Positions 19,722 through 30,106 of a stretch of DNA of 32,000 nt are shown one piece after another. The stretch spans positions 630,001 to 662,000 of the forward strand of contig NZ_CP011042.1 of the NCBI RefSeq assembly GCF_002310835.1, written 5' to 3'. A program made the translations under genes and the position numbers. The notes under the pieces are model-generated. The model ran no database searches and was not told the origin of the DNA. It saw nothing but the letters and a program-made list of their open reading frames with translations. The DNA comes from Pseudoalteromonas tetraodonis. GTDB lineage: Bacteria > Pseudomonadota > Gammaproteobacteria > Enterobacterales > Alteromonadaceae. Within the stretch, counting starts at the first letter, position 1. Each line of letters starts with the position of its first letter.

Positions 19722-21578
19722 ATGAACTACTTTAAACAGTTAGCAGTTATTACTACTTTAACCTTAAGTTTTAATTGCTTAGCAAATGAAAATCCAGACA
19801 ATATTTGGGTCACCATTGACTCAACTGCAGCCCAGCATTATCATCATGAACAAGGTACATTTTTGCAAAAAATGCAATTTGCGCATAGAAAATCAAGTAT
19901 TTTACCTGACGTTGATTTACTCAGTGTACCGCGTGACGCAGTAAACAATTTAAGTGAGTTTATGCACCAGAACTATAACCGTTGTGGTGGGTTTGTTGCG
20001 CATAGTTCGTTCGAAGAAGCGAATGATTACGCAAAACAATTAGCTGTTGTTCAAAATAGCCAAGCTACATCAGCCTTTAATTATTCAATTGATAATGCGC
20101 AAACAGTACAAAGTTTAATTAGTGCACAAAGCCCAATTAATTTACAAAGCACTGTAAATTCACTCACTAGTTTTAATAATCGTTATTATACTTCGCAAAC
20201 CGGCGTTGATGCCTCACAGTGGCTGCAAAGTTATTGGCAACAAATTGCCAGCGTTCGAAGTGATATAACCATTGAGAGTTATCAGCATAGCTGGGCGCAA
20301 TCATCAGTGATTGTAACCATTGCAGGTGCTGAAAATGCAGATGAAATTGTTATTATTGGGGGGCATTTAGACTCGATTAACCAAGCAAATCCAGCACAAG
20401 GGCGCTCTCCTGGCGCGGATGATAATGCATCGGGTATTGCAGTGTTAACGGAAGCGTTAAGAGCAATTGTTGATACAAATTATAAACCGCAAAAAACTAT
20501 TCAAATAATGGCGTTTGCAGCAGAGGAGGTGGGGTTAAAAGGGTCTAAAGCTATAGCCAGTAGCTATCGTTCGCTGGGTAAGAATGTAGTTGGCATGGTG
20601 CAATTTGATATGACTGGTAATAACGGCAGTATCGAAGATATTATTATGATGACGGATTACACCACCAATGCTCAAAACCAGTTTTTAGCCCAGCTGATAG
20701 ACACCTACTTACCACAAATTAGTTATGGCTTTGATCAATGTGGGTATGGTTGCTCCGATCATGCTTCGTGGTATCAACAAGGGTTTGCGGCCTCTATGCC
20801 TTTCGAATCAAAAATGAATGACATTAACCCACTGATACATACACAAAACGACAGTAATTTTGACGCTGATCATGCAATTAAATTTGCTAACTTAGCCGTT
20901 AGCTTTGTTGCTGAATTGGCAAAAAATGCCGGTGATGTCACTCCGCCAAATAATAATGAGTTAGTCAATGGTGAACCAATTTCTGGTATCAATGCCACTG
21001 CTAAAGAGCAGCTTATCTATACATTGAATGTACCAAAAGGAGCGCAAAACTTAAGCTTTGAAACCTCAGGTGATAATGGCGATGCCGATTTATACGTTAA
21101 ATATAATCAGGCGCCCACGTTAACTGATTACGACTGTAAAAGTACCTCTGCCACAAGTAATGAGCGTTGCGACATTCCAACCAGCAATGAAGGCACTTAC
21201 TATGTCATGGTTGAGGCATACAGCGCAATTAGTAATGTTTCTTTGACGGGCAGTTTTGAGCCAGCAGGCGCTTTAGAGCCCATTAATCGCGTAGAAGATA
21301 ATGTTAGCGTAAATACAGGTGGTTGGCAGCGTTTTGAACAACGTTTAGCCGCGGGTTATGCCTCACTAAACGTTGCTATTTCAGGCGGAAGCGGCGATGC
21401 TGATTTGTATTTAAATTTCGGTGCGCCATCTTCAAATACACAATTTGTGTGTAGGCCATATAAAAACGGCAACACAGAAAGTTGCACTATTTCTGCACCC
21501 CAGGCAGGCGTATGGCACATAGATGTTAAAGGCTATCGTAATGCAAGTGGTATTACGCTAACTATAAATGCACAATAA
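19722..21578 (+). CDS. Secreted M28 bacterial leucyl aminopeptidase (Vibrio/Aeromonas proteolytica aminopeptidase-like) with two C-terminal PPC domains
   Basis: 618 aa. Signal peptide ...SFNCLA|N. M28 metal-ligand contexts IGGHLDS, GADDNASG and AAEEVGL. The C-terminal ~200 aa are colinear with the tail of the upstream protease. Confidence 0.93.
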   Translation: MNYFKQLAVITTLTLSFNCLANENPDNIWVTIDSTAAQHYHHEQGTFLQKMQFAHRKSSILPDVDLLSVPRDAVNNLSEFMHQNYNRCGGFVAHSSFEEANDYAKQLAVVQNSQATSAFNYSIDNAQTVQSLISAQSPINLQSTVNSLTSFNNRYYTSQTGVDASQWLQSYWQQIASVRSDITIESYQHSWAQSSVIVTIAGAENADEIVIIGGHLDSINQANPAQGRSPGADDNASGIAVLTEALRAIVDTNYKPQKTIQIMAFAAEEVGLKGSKAIASSYRSLGKNVVGMVQFDMTGNNGSIEDIIMMTDYTTNAQNQFLAQLIDTYLPQISYGFDQCGYGCSDHASWYQQGFAASMPFESKMNDINPLIHTQNDSNFDADHAIKFANLAVSFVAELAKNAGDVTPPNNNELVNGEPISGINATAKEQLIYTLNVPKGAQNLSFETSGDNGDADLYVKYNQAPTLTDYDCKSTSATSNERCDIPTSNEGTYYVMVEAYSAISNVSLTGSFEPAGALEPINRVEDNVSVNTGGWQRFEQRLAAGYASLNVAISGGSGDADLYLNFGAPSSNTQFVCRPYKNGNTESCTISAPQAGVWHIDVKGYRNASGITLTINAQ

Positions 21579-21582
21579 TTAA

Positions 21583-21603
21583 CAGGGGCATAAGCCCCTT
21601 TAA
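21583..21603 (+). terminator. Weak terminator-like hairpin after the aminopeptidase gene
   Basis: AGGGGC ataa GCCCCT followed by only TTT. Confidence 0.5.
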
Positions 21604-21678
21604 AGGCCAAATTCTCACGCTATTTGGCTTGCCCTTCATCAATAGCTTACGTAGAATCCCGCTATTATTTTTTATAAA

Positions 21679-23595
21679 GTGATTGGTATTATCAAACAGC
21701 TGTTTAGTGCAACCGGGCCTTTGGCTTTATCAATAGATGGATACTCACCACGCCAACCTCAAATTGATATGGCCGTGGCTGTTGAGGATGCATTAAAAAC
21801 AAGTTCCCAGCTTGTTGTTGAGGCCGGTACTGGCACAGGAAAAACCTTTGCTTATTTAGCGCCAGCCCTTAAATCTAAAGGAAAAACAATAATTTCAACT
21901 GGTTCTAAAGCACTGCAAGAACAGCTGTATCATCGTGATTTACCTGTGTTAGTAAAAGCCTTAGGCGCGGCTAAAAAAACGGCATTGTTAAAAGGGCGTG
22001 CCAATTATTTATGTACTTATCGGCTTACCCAACATGTTGCACACGTACCCACAGACGACCCTGATGTAATGCATCAGCTCGCTATGGTTGCTAAATTTGC
22101 CAGTGAAACGCATACGGGCGATTTAGCCGACTGTATTGGTATTGAAGAAGATGCCAAAGTGTTGCCGTATGTCAGCTCGACTGCAGATAACTGTTTAGGT
22201 AAAGAGTGCCCTGACTTTCAAGAGTGCTACATTCGTAAAGCGCGTTTAAAGGCAGGGGATGCCGACGTTGTCGTGATTAACCATCATCTATTTTTTGCCG
22301 ATATGGCGGTTAAAGAGTCTGGCTTTGCAGAGCTAATGCCCAACGCAGATGCTTATATATTTGATGAAGCCCACCAGTTAAGTGAAATTGCCAGCGACTA
22401 TTTTGGCGAAACCATGAGTACTAAAAAGCTGGTGGATTTAATTAATGATTTACGCGCTATTTACCGCGCTGAAATTCCTGACATGCTGCAATTAGGCAAA
22501 AGTTTGAATAAACTGGAAACCAGTGTCGCCGATTTAAGATTGCAGTTTGGTGTGGATGGTAGCCGCGGTGATTGGCGTGAAAAGCTCAGTAATAAGCTTA
22601 TTTGCTCTGCATTACACCGCGTTATTAGTGATTTAGAATTTGTGTATCAGGTTTTAAAACACTGCCTAGAGCGAAGTGATAAAATTGAACACCCATTTGA
22701 GCGGGTGCTGGCATTTAAAGGCCAGTTAGAGCGCGTATTTGATACCGCCCAAACAGGCTTTAGTTATTGGTACGAAACCACGCGGCGCTATTTAACCATA
22801 AATATAACGCCACTGAATGTATCGGCTAAATTTGCTTTGATGATGAAAGAGTCTGGTGCAGGGTTTGTGTTTACCTCAGCCACGTTATCGGTCGACAACG
22901 AACTCACTCACTTTAATGCCAGCCTTGGGTTAAAACCAAAGCAAAGTATGATGGTAGATAGCCCGTTTGATTATGAAAATCAGGCGCTATTGTGCTTACC
23001 GCGCTATTTACCTGAAACCCACGCAGATAATATGCCGCATGCGATTGTAAAGTTAACTCTCGAACTCATAAAATCAGCAAAAGGGCGTTGTTTTGTGCTA
23101 TTTACTAGTTACCGAATGATGCATTTGGTGGCTGAGGGCTTAACCACACAAATGGACTATCCGGTTTACATGCAAGGGCAAATGTCTAAACGCATTATAT
23201 TAGAAAAATTTACCCGTCATGGTAATGCCGTGTTGCTCGGTACAGCGTCCTTTTGGGAAGGGGTTGATGTAAGAGGCAGTACTTTAAGCTGTGTTATTAT
23301 CGACAAACTGCCGTTTGCAGCGCCCGATGATCCGCTTTTGCAGGCTAGAATGCAAGATTGCCAAATGCAAGGAAAAGACCCGTTTGCGCATATTCAGTTA
23401 CCACAAGCGGTTATTGCCTTAAAGCAGGGCGTAGGTCGCTTAATTCGTGATAACAAAGATAAAGGTGTGTTAGTAATTTGCGATAATCGTTTAGTTACAC
23501 GCCAATATGGACAAGTATTTTTAAAGAGTTTACCGCCAATGCGCCGTACACGTAGCTTAGAAGATGCAAATACATTTTTAAAACATATTAATTGA
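21679..23595 (+). CDS. yoaA: DinG-family ATP-dependent DNA helicase YoaA (XPD-like, Fe-S cluster)
   Basis: 638 aa, colinear with E. coli YoaA as I recall it (636 aa). Shared stretches include VVEAGTGTGKT(F/Y)AYLAPAL, ISTGSKALQ(E/D)QLY, a DEAH box (FDEAHQL), an Fe-S cysteine cluster (C...CLGKECPDFQECY) and QGVGRLIRD...GVLVICDNRL. GTG start with no obvious Shine-Dalgarno. Confidence 0.93.
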   Translation: MIGIIKQLFSATGPLALSIDGYSPRQPQIDMAVAVEDALKTSSQLVVEAGTGTGKTFAYLAPALKSKGKTIISTGSKALQEQLYHRDLPVLVKALGAAKKTALLKGRANYLCTYRLTQHVAHVPTDDPDVMHQLAMVAKFASETHTGDLADCIGIEEDAKVLPYVSSTADNCLGKECPDFQECYIRKARLKAGDADVVVINHHLFFADMAVKESGFAELMPNADAYIFDEAHQLSEIASDYFGETMSTKKLVDLINDLRAIYRAEIPDMLQLGKSLNKLETSVADLRLQFGVDGSRGDWREKLSNKLICSALHRVISDLEFVYQVLKHCLERSDKIEHPFERVLAFKGQLERVFDTAQTGFSYWYETTRRYLTINITPLNVSAKFALMMKESGAGFVFTSATLSVDNELTHFNASLGLKPKQSMMVDSPFDYENQALLCLPRYLPETHADNMPHAIVKLTLELIKSAKGRCFVLFTSYRMMHLVAEGLTTQMDYPVYMQGQMSKRIILEKFTRHGNAVLLGTASFWEGVDVRGSTLSCVIIDKLPFAAPDDPLLQARMQDCQMQGKDPFAHIQLPQAVIALKQGVGRLIRDNKDKGVLVICDNRLVTRQYGQVFLKSLPPMRRTRSLEDANTFLKHIN

Positions 23596-23603
23596 GTACA
23601 AAA

Positions 23604-24305
23604 ATGATCAAAAGTAACATTCTCGCCCTAGACGCTTCTACTGAGGCTTTATCGCTTGTTTTGCATTATCAGGGTAAAACATTTCATCATTTTGAAGAGT
23701 GTCCGCAGCAGCATAGCCAAAAAATTCTGCCACTTATTGATGAGCTGCTTAATAAAGCCAATTGTAAATTAAAAGATTTAGATGTTATTGGCTTTGGCCA
23801 AGGTCCAGGCAGCTTTACGGGTGTTCGTATTAGTGTGGCCATAGCACAAGGGCTTGGGTATTCAACGAATTTACCGCTAGTGGGGGTTTCTACCTTAGCG
23901 GTTATGGCGCAACAAGCGTTTGAACAATTTGGCGATGAAGTGGTTTATCCAAGCATTGATGCGCGTATGGGGGAAATATACTTTGCTCAATACCAAGTTA
24001 ATAATAATTTGATGACACTTCAAGGTGAAGAACGTGTTTTTAAGCCAGAACTGCTTGATGCTTCATTGATAGACACAAACAAAACAGCAACCGGCGTGGG
24101 GACTGGATTTAAAAGCTACCCCGATGCATTAACTACATTTACAAATGTGAGTGTACACCCTGAAATTACGCTACCCGATGCACAATACATGTTAGCGTTA
24201 GTGGATGCACAGTACCTTGCAGGTAATGGCGTAAAAGCAAGTGATGCTCAGCCTAAGTATGTGCGTGACACAGTGACATGGAAAAAATTACCAGGCCGCG
24301 AGTAA
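23604..24305 (+). CDS. tsaB: tRNA t6A37 biosynthesis protein TsaB (YeaZ)
   Basis: ILALDASTEALS..., GPGSFTGVRI and the C-terminus VTWKKLPGRE match E. coli TsaB (...VAWKKLPGKE). I prefer ATG 23604. The ORF-track TTG at 23592 overlaps the yoaA stop and remains possible. Confidence 0.93.
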   Translation: MIKSNILALDASTEALSLVLHYQGKTFHHFEECPQQHSQKILPLIDELLNKANCKLKDLDVIGFGQGPGSFTGVRISVAIAQGLGYSTNLPLVGVSTLAVMAQQAFEQFGDEVVYPSIDARMGEIYFAQYQVNNNLMTLQGEERVFKPELLDASLIDTNKTATGVGTGFKSYPDALTTFTNVSVHPEITLPDAQYMLALVDAQYLAGNGVKASDAQPKYVRDTVTWKKLPGRE

Positions 24306-24379
24306 CGCTAAGTTGTATTGTTTGCATATTGAGCTATTTTAAATCATAATTTAAGCATGTTGTTGGTTGGAGAAGCGTA

Positions 24380-24709
24380 ATGTCGCTGCCTATAAGCTCT
24401 GGTTTTTTTACTGGTGATATCCCTGCTAAGGTGCGTTCTACTGCTGTTGTTACGGCAAAGCCTGAACGACTATCAGAGCAGCCAATACCACAGAAAACCA
24501 ATACAGATTATGTTAAGAGCAGTCCTGAAGGGCTTGAACTCGCAAAAGAGTTTGTAAAAGCGAACACCAAAGAGGCCCAATATAGCCAAACTATTTACGA
24601 TCAACCGAGTGCGCAAGTCAGTAAGGCAATTTCTACTTACACTGAGTTTGCTAATTTAGAGCGAAGAGCTGAAGTTCAAAGCTTAATTGGTGTTGATATA
24701 TACGCTTAA
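24380..24709 (+). CDS. Hypothetical 109 aa protein with no signal peptide or TM helix, polar and low-complexity
   Basis: GGAG Shine-Dalgarno 7 nt upstream of the ATG. A strong terminator starts 22 nt downstream. I recognise no family. Confidence 0.6.
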   Translation: MSLPISSGFFTGDIPAKVRSTAVVTAKPERLSEQPIPQKTNTDYVKSSPEGLELAKEFVKANTKEAQYSQTIYDQPSAQVSKAISTYTEFANLERRAEVQSLIGVDIYA

Positions 24710-24730
24710 TTATAAAATTAATAGCCAAAT

Positions 24731-24765
24731 AAAAAGCCCGAATAAATTATTCGGGCTTTTTATTT
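24731..24765. terminator. Bidirectional Rho-independent terminator between the 109 aa ORF and the alkaline phosphatase gene
   Basis: AAAAAGCCCGAATA aat TATTCGGGCTTTTT followed by ATTTT, between convergent genes. Confidence 0.85.
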
Positions 24766-24777
24766 TCATAACAGCGA

Positions 24778-26064
24778 TTACTGTTCTATGTAACTAATCA
24801 GTTTTTTAGCTATGTCAGTATTGTTTTGCGAACCAATAAAGTCATCGCTATTTTTACCATAGGCAAATACTTGCACATCGGAAGCGGTATGTCCGCCCGT
24901 TGTCCAACCAGTGAAACTTAAATCATTGATAATGCTTTTAACCGCTAAATTAAGGGTTTTTTCACCCATGGCTTTAGCTTGCTTAAGTTTAATTTCGTTT
25001 TCAGTTGTAAACTCAATACGGGTATTAGCCTGCCATACCGTTTTAAGGTTATCTGATCCCATTAATAATTTGGTTAATGTACCCGCAGTGGCTTTAACAC
25101 CTTTGATAATGTCGGTTTCCCATTTATATTGGCCATGCGCGCCAATGGTTAAACCGCCTGTAGAGTGATCAGCCGTGATCACTAAAATAGTGTCTGGGTT
25201 GTTATCTACATACGCTTTTGCCGTCTCGATTGATTTTGCAAAGTCATCCATTTCAGCCATTGCACAAGCAATGTCATTTGCGTGGCCACACCAGTCAATT
25301 TGGCTGCCTTCAATCATTACAAAAAAGCCTTTATCGTTTTGCCCATCAAGCAAATCAAACGCTTTAGAGGTTAACTGTTTTAATCTCGTAGGGTTTTCAT
25401 CTAGCGCAAAAGGTAATCCCTTAGGTGCGTATAGACCAATGGCAGGGATTTGTGTGATTTGACCTAAGTTTTTAATATCGTCGCCGTATTGATAACCTGC
25501 TTTTTTAAATTCGTCGACTAAGTTTCTGTCATCACGAATAAAATATTGAGTTCCACCGCCTAACATTAAATCAACCGGTAATTTACCAGCAATTTTATTG
25601 TCAATGTAGTCGTTTGCGATGTCATCATAATTTCTTCTTGATTCATTATGCGCGGCAAAACTTGCAGGTGTTGCATGGTTAATTTGTGAAGTAGCCACTA
25701 ACGCTGTTGTCATTCCTTGCTCTTTTGCAATTTCTAGCATGGTTTTAACCGGTTTTTTGGCCGTATCGACAGCGATTGCGCCATTATAACTTTTATGGCC
25801 GCTGCTAAGTGCAGTTGCACCTGCTGCGCTGTCTGTTACATAAGTATGGTCATCAGGATAAGTGTGCGCCATGCCTTTTAACATAGTGTCGAAAACGGTT
25901 GTTTCTATTTCTTTTGTTGTAGGGTCATCTTTGTAATATCGATAAGCGGTAGTGAAAGCGGGACCCATGCCATCACCAATCATATAAATAACATTTTTAG
26001 GCGCTGTTTGAGCGAATGCTCCTGTTGTACATAAAAGCGCTAATAAGCCGAACTGTTTTTTCAT
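24778..26064 (-). CDS. phoA: Secreted alkaline phosphatase, PhoA family
   Basis: 428 aa. Signal peptide ...TGAFA|Q. It has the IGDGMG metal-site motif and the active-site serine context TDSAAGATA as in E. coli PhoA (TDSAASATA). Confidence 0.9.
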   Translation of the reverse strand: MKKQFGLLALLCTTGAFAQTAPKNVIYMIGDGMGPAFTTAYRYYKDDPTTKEIETTVFDTMLKGMAHTYPDDHTYVTDSAAGATALSSGHKSYNGAIAVDTAKKPVKTMLEIAKEQGMTTALVATSQINHATPASFAAHNESRRNYDDIANDYIDNKIAGKLPVDLMLGGGTQYFIRDDRNLVDEFKKAGYQYGDDIKNLGQITQIPAIGLYAPKGLPFALDENPTRLKQLTSKAFDLLDGQNDKGFFVMIEGSQIDWCGHANDIACAMAEMDDFAKSIETAKAYVDNNPDTILVITADHSTGGLTIGAHGQYKWETDIIKGVKATAGTLTKLLMGSDNLKTVWQANTRIEFTTENEIKLKQAKAMGEKTLNLAVKSIINDLSFTGWTTGGHTASDVQVFAYGKNSDDFIGSQNNTDIAKKLISYIEQ

Positions 26065-26251
26065 TGTGTGTACCCTTTAAGTGTACTTATTTTAATAGCG
26101 ACTATTATTGTATACCGATAGCAAGATAAATAAATGAATATGTTATGAAATCTCGAAATTTAAGTGTGTGTTCTATTAGTTCAGTTCTATTATTTGTGTA
26201 TTAACTCTTGTATGTTATGGCCATAACCAAATAAAAAAGTAGAGGTTTGCG

Positions 26252-27103
26252 TTGCAACCATTTTCGGTAAAAGCTAATGACCTAGATATACACGGTATTA
26301 AATTTGGAGACGGTGAAGACGTCGTTATCGCTTTGCATGGCTGGCTAGATAATAGTGCTAGCTTTGTGCCTATGCTGAGTCGAGCTGCAACTTCGCAAAC
26401 ATGGTATTGCATTGATTTTCCAGGGCATGGACTGTCATCTTGGCGAAGCCCTCAGGCACATTACTACTTTATTGATTATGTGGATGATGTGTATGCATTA
26501 ATCACAGCGCTTAAGTTAAAGAAGGTACACTTAGTTGGTCATTCTATGGGGGCTATGGTTGCAGGACTATTTGCTAGTTGTTTTAGTGAGTATGTAAAAT
26601 CTGTTTCTTTTATTGAAGGTTTAGGTTGTGTTACTACCGATAGCGATGAAGTGTGTTCTCAGCTAAGAAATGCCATACTAAACCGAGCAAGGCTTAGTAC
26701 AAAAAAATCACGGGTATACACTTCAAAACAACAAATTTATCAAGCACGTGCAAAAACAACTGATTTAAATAATGAACAAATTGCATTGCTGATGGACAGA
26801 AATATAAAACAAATGCACAGTGGTTTTGAGCTAACTTGCGATCCTAAGCTTAAAAATCACTCAGGTTTTCGATTTGATGAAGCGCAATGTATTGGTGCAA
26901 TAAAAGAATTAATTGCACCATGCCAATTAATATTAGGTGATCAAGGTTATCCATTTGTAAAACAAAATCTAGACAAGTATAGTAAATATTACAATAACTT
27001 GAGTGTAATAGATGTGCCTGGTGGGCATCATTGCCATATGCAAAGTAGTGGACTATGTTTTGAACACATTCACGCATTTATGGTGCAAAGTAGTGCATGT
27101 TAA
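26252..27103 (+). CDS. Alpha/beta-fold hydrolase
   Basis: 283 aa. HG oxyanion motif (IALHGW), nucleophile elbow GHSMGA and a C-terminal GGHHCH. TTG start with AGAGG 6 nt upstream. Confidence 0.85.
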   Translation: MQPFSVKANDLDIHGIKFGDGEDVVIALHGWLDNSASFVPMLSRAATSQTWYCIDFPGHGLSSWRSPQAHYYFIDYVDDVYALITALKLKKVHLVGHSMGAMVAGLFASCFSEYVKSVSFIEGLGCVTTDSDEVCSQLRNAILNRARLSTKKSRVYTSKQQIYQARAKTTDLNNEQIALLMDRNIKQMHSGFELTCDPKLKNHSGFRFDEAQCIGAIKELIAPCQLILGDQGYPFVKQNLDKYSKYYNNLSVIDVPGGHHCHMQSSGLCFEHIHAFMVQSSAC

Positions 27104-27218
27104 TTGTATATTACCGATAAATGTGGGATTATCTCTAGATTAGAGTATTTGCTCAATTGTGAAAGTGCCTTACTTAGATTAAGGTTAATAAAAATATAAT
27201 TATAAACAGGGGCTAAGA

Positions 27219-28871
27219 GTGGAAAAAATCTGGCTTAAGCGCTACCCAGAAGGTATGCCTGAAACAATCGATCCTGAGCACTACAACTCGTTACTCGAAG
27301 TGTTTGAAAAAAGTTTTAATGATTACAAAGATTTACCTGCATTTACTAATATGGGTAAAACATTGTCATATAACGAAATTGACGCGGCAACAAAACGTGT
27401 TGCGGCTTATATTCAAAACGATTTAGGATTAAAAAAGGGCGATAAAGTCGCTGTTATGATGCCTAACTTGTTGCAAACCCCAATTGCTATATTAGGTATT
27501 TTACGCGCAGGGTGTGTGGTGGTTAACGTTAATCCGCTATATACCGTTCGTGAGCTAGAGCACCAATTAAAAGATTCTGAAACATCAGCAATATTTATTC
27601 TTGCTAACTTTGCTGTGACGCTTGAAAAAGCACTGCCTAATACTGACGTTAAACACATTGTGGTTACGCAGGTTGGTGACATGATGGGTGGTCTTAAAAA
27701 GCATTTAGTCAATTTTGTTGTTAAGCATTTCAAAAAAATGGTACCAAGCTATACGTTGCCTAACACGATTAACTTTTGTGATTTATTAAAAGCTGATCTA
27801 AATGGCTATAAGCGCCCAGAGGTTAACTTAAGCGATTTAGCATTTTTACAATACACCGGTGGTACAACCGGTGTGTCTAAAGGGGCAATGTTGAGCCACG
27901 GTAATTTGGTGGGTAACCTTGAGCAAGTATCTGGTTGTTTAGATAACGTGCTTGAGCGTGGTAAAGAAGTGGTTATTACCGCGCTACCGCTCTATCATAT
28001 ATTTGCATTAACAGCGAACTGTTTAGCATTTATGAAATACGGCGGCTTAAACGTTTTAATTACTAATCCACGTGATATGCCTGGATTTGTAAAAGAGCTT
28101 AGTCAGCATAAATTTACTGCTATTACAGGGGTGAACACTTTATTTAATGGCTTATTAAATACCCCAGGTTTCTCTGAGCTTGATTTTAGTCACCTTAAAA
28201 TGTCATTAGGCGGCGGCATGGCAGTACAACGCCCTGTTGCAGAAAAATGGCAAAAGGTCACTAACAGCAAACTAATGGAAGGCTATGGCCTGACAGAATG
28301 TTCTCCTTTAGTCACAATTAGCCCGTATGATTTAGAAGCTTATAATGGCTCTATCGGTCTACCTGCGCCAAGTACTGACATTAAATTAATGCTCGATAAC
28401 GGTGAAGAAGCTGCTAAAGGTGAGCCGGGTGAACTGTGGGTAAAAGGTCCGCAAGTAATGCTTGGTTACTATAATCGCCCTGATGCAACAGCTGAATGTT
28501 TGAAAGATGGCTGGTTTGCAACTGGTGATATTGCCACTTACGATGACGAAGGTTTTTTCTACATTGTTGATCGTAAAAAAGACATGATTATTGTTTCAGG
28601 CTTTAATGTTTTCCCAAATGAAATAGAAGAAGTGGTTGCCATGCACGAAGGCGTCCTTGAAGTGGCCGCGGTTGGTATCCCTCATGACATTAGTGGTGAA
28701 CAAGTTAAAGTTTTTGTTGTGAAAAAAGACCCTTCTTTAACTGAAAAAGATATAATAAAACATTGTCGTGATAATTTAACTAATTACAAGGTTCCTAAAC
28801 TCGTTGAGTTTAAGGATGAGTTACCCAAAACTAACGTGGGTAAAATTCTCAGAAGAGCCTTAAAAGATTAG
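27219..28871 (+). CDS. fadD: Long-chain-fatty-acid--CoA ligase FadD
   Basis: 550 aa. The N-terminus [22 protein letters not shown] parallels E. coli FadD [22 protein letters not shown]. AMP-binding motif [15 protein letters not shown] start with AGGGG 6 nt upstream. Confidence 0.95.
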   Translation: MEKIWLKRYPEGMPETIDPEHYNSLLEVFEKSFNDYKDLPAFTNMGKTLSYNEIDAATKRVAAYIQNDLGLKKGDKVAVMMPNLLQTPIAILGILRAGCVVVNVNPLYTVRELEHQLKDSETSAIFILANFAVTLEKALPNTDVKHIVVTQVGDMMGGLKKHLVNFVVKHFKKMVPSYTLPNTINFCDLLKADLNGYKRPEVNLSDLAFLQYTGGTTGVSKGAMLSHGNLVGNLEQVSGCLDNVLERGKEVVITALPLYHIFALTANCLAFMKYGGLNVLITNPRDMPGFVKELSQHKFTAITGVNTLFNGLLNTPGFSELDFSHLKMSLGGGMAVQRPVAEKWQKVTNSKLMEGYGLTECSPLVTISPYDLEAYNGSIGLPAPSTDIKLMLDNGEEAAKGEPGELWVKGPQVMLGYYNRPDATAECLKDGWFATGDIATYDDEGFFYIVDRKKDMIIVSGFNVFPNEIEEVVAMHEGVLEVAAVGIPHDISGEQVKVFVVKKDPSLTEKDIIKHCRDNLTNYKVPKLVEFKDELPKTNVGKILRRALKD

Positions 28872-28878
28872 CAACTAT

Positions 28879-28907
28879 AAAAAAGCCGACATCAGTCGGC
28901 TTTTTTA
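28879..28907 (+). terminator. Rho-independent terminator after fadD
   Basis: AAAAAGCCGAC atca GTCGGCTTTTTT, 8 nt past the stop codon. Confidence 0.85.
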
Positions 28908-28921
28908 TTGTAGGAGACTCA

Positions 28922-30052
28922 GTGCACTACCAATTGATCCAAACCCAAAATGAGCTTAATACGTTTGTAGAACAAATTAAAAACAAACCCATTCTTGCTA
29001 TTGATACCGAGTTTATGCGCCGCCGTACTTTGTATCCAGAAGTTGCACTTATTCAAGTTTATGATGGTGAACATTTAGCGCTTATTGACCCGCTTGCCGA
29101 GCTTTCCTTGTTTGATTTTTGGCAAATACTTAAAGATCCTAAAGTGCTAAAAGTACTCCATTCACCCTCAGAAGATATTGAAGTTTTTCAAAAGTACGCA
29201 GGGTTTGTTCCTTATCCTTTATTCGATACCCAGTTTGCACTTCAGCTATTAGGTGAGGGAAACTGTATGGGCTTTGCCTTAATGGTGAAAACATTATTGA
29301 ATATTGAGATTGATAAAAGCGAATCGCGCACTAATTGGTTACAACGCCCCCTTACCCAAAAGCAACTTGAATACGCTGCTGCTGATACGTATCACCTGCT
29401 GCCTTGTTTTGAGTTAATTATAGATAGCATTAAAGCCGCTGATTTATTTGATATTGTGATCAATGAAAGTGAATTAGTTGCCAATAAACGTGCTTTTCAA
29501 ATTCCGGATGAACTACTTTACAAAGAAATTAAAAATGCATGGCAACTTAAGCCGCATGAACTAGCGGTACTTAAAGAGTTAGCAGTATGGCGTCGAAATA
29601 AAGCTATTCGTAAAAATCTAGCGCTTAATTTTGTGCTTAAAGAGCACAATATGACCGAAATTGCCAAACGAGGCCCTTCAAGTTTAAATGCTCTGAGACA
29701 AATTCCTGGGGTAGAACCCATTGAAGTGAATCGTTCTGGGGTTGAAATTTTAAAGTGTATTGAGCAGGCCAAAGCCATTCCAGCTGAGCAACACCCACAA
29801 GTATTAAAGCGGTTAATTGATTTTCCTACCTATAAAAAAGTAGCGAAGGAGATCAAACAAAAAATTACTAAAGTTGCTAAAGAGCATAACATTCCAGAAG
29901 ACGTTATGGCCTCTAAAAAGCAAATAAATCAGCTAATTAGTTGGAACTGGAAGTTAACTGCTCAGCAAAAAGAAAAACACATAAAACCAGATTTAATCAG
30001 CTCATGGCGATATGATTTTGTTAAAGATGCGCTAAAAGAGTGGGATAATTAG
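28922..30052 (+). CDS. rnd: Ribonuclease D
   Basis: 376 aa. ILAIDTEFMRRRTLYPEVALIQVYDGEHLALIDPL closely matches E. coli RNase D (IALDTEFVRTRTYYPQLGLIQLFDGEHLALIDPL). DEDDy exonuclease domain plus HRDC. GTG start with GGAG upstream. The fadD-rnd adjacency matches E. coli. Confidence 0.95.
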   Translation: MHYQLIQTQNELNTFVEQIKNKPILAIDTEFMRRRTLYPEVALIQVYDGEHLALIDPLAELSLFDFWQILKDPKVLKVLHSPSEDIEVFQKYAGFVPYPLFDTQFALQLLGEGNCMGFALMVKTLLNIEIDKSESRTNWLQRPLTQKQLEYAAADTYHLLPCFELIIDSIKAADLFDIVINESELVANKRAFQIPDELLYKEIKNAWQLKPHELAVLKELAVWRRNKAIRKNLALNFVLKEHNMTEIAKRGPSSLNALRQIPGVEPIEVNRSGVEILKCIEQAKAIPAEQHPQVLKRLIDFPTYKKVAKEIKQKITKVAKEHNIPEDVMASKKQINQLISWNWKLTAQQKEKHIKPDLISSWRYDFVKDALKEWDN

Positions 30053-30079
30053 AGTATTAAATAGCTTGATGTAAAAAAT

Positions 30080-30106
30080 AAAAAGGGCGCTTAGCGCCCT
30101 TTTTTA
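30080..30106. terminator. Bidirectional Rho-independent terminator between rnd and minE
   Basis: AAAAA GGGCGC tta GCGCCC TTTTTT, between convergent genes. Confidence 0.85.

Noticed and set aside
25175-25462. ORFs nested in other genes: in phoA (24911-25168, 25175-25462), fadD (27413-27733), rnd (29518-29778), the hydrolase (26215-26412, 26850-27077), minC (31300-31506), the catalase-like gene (9135-9383, 9439-9651), the protease (19445-19630) and the MFP (8290-8502).
   Set aside because: All are embedded antisense in confidently assigned genes and lack translation signals, so I treat them as shadow ORFs.
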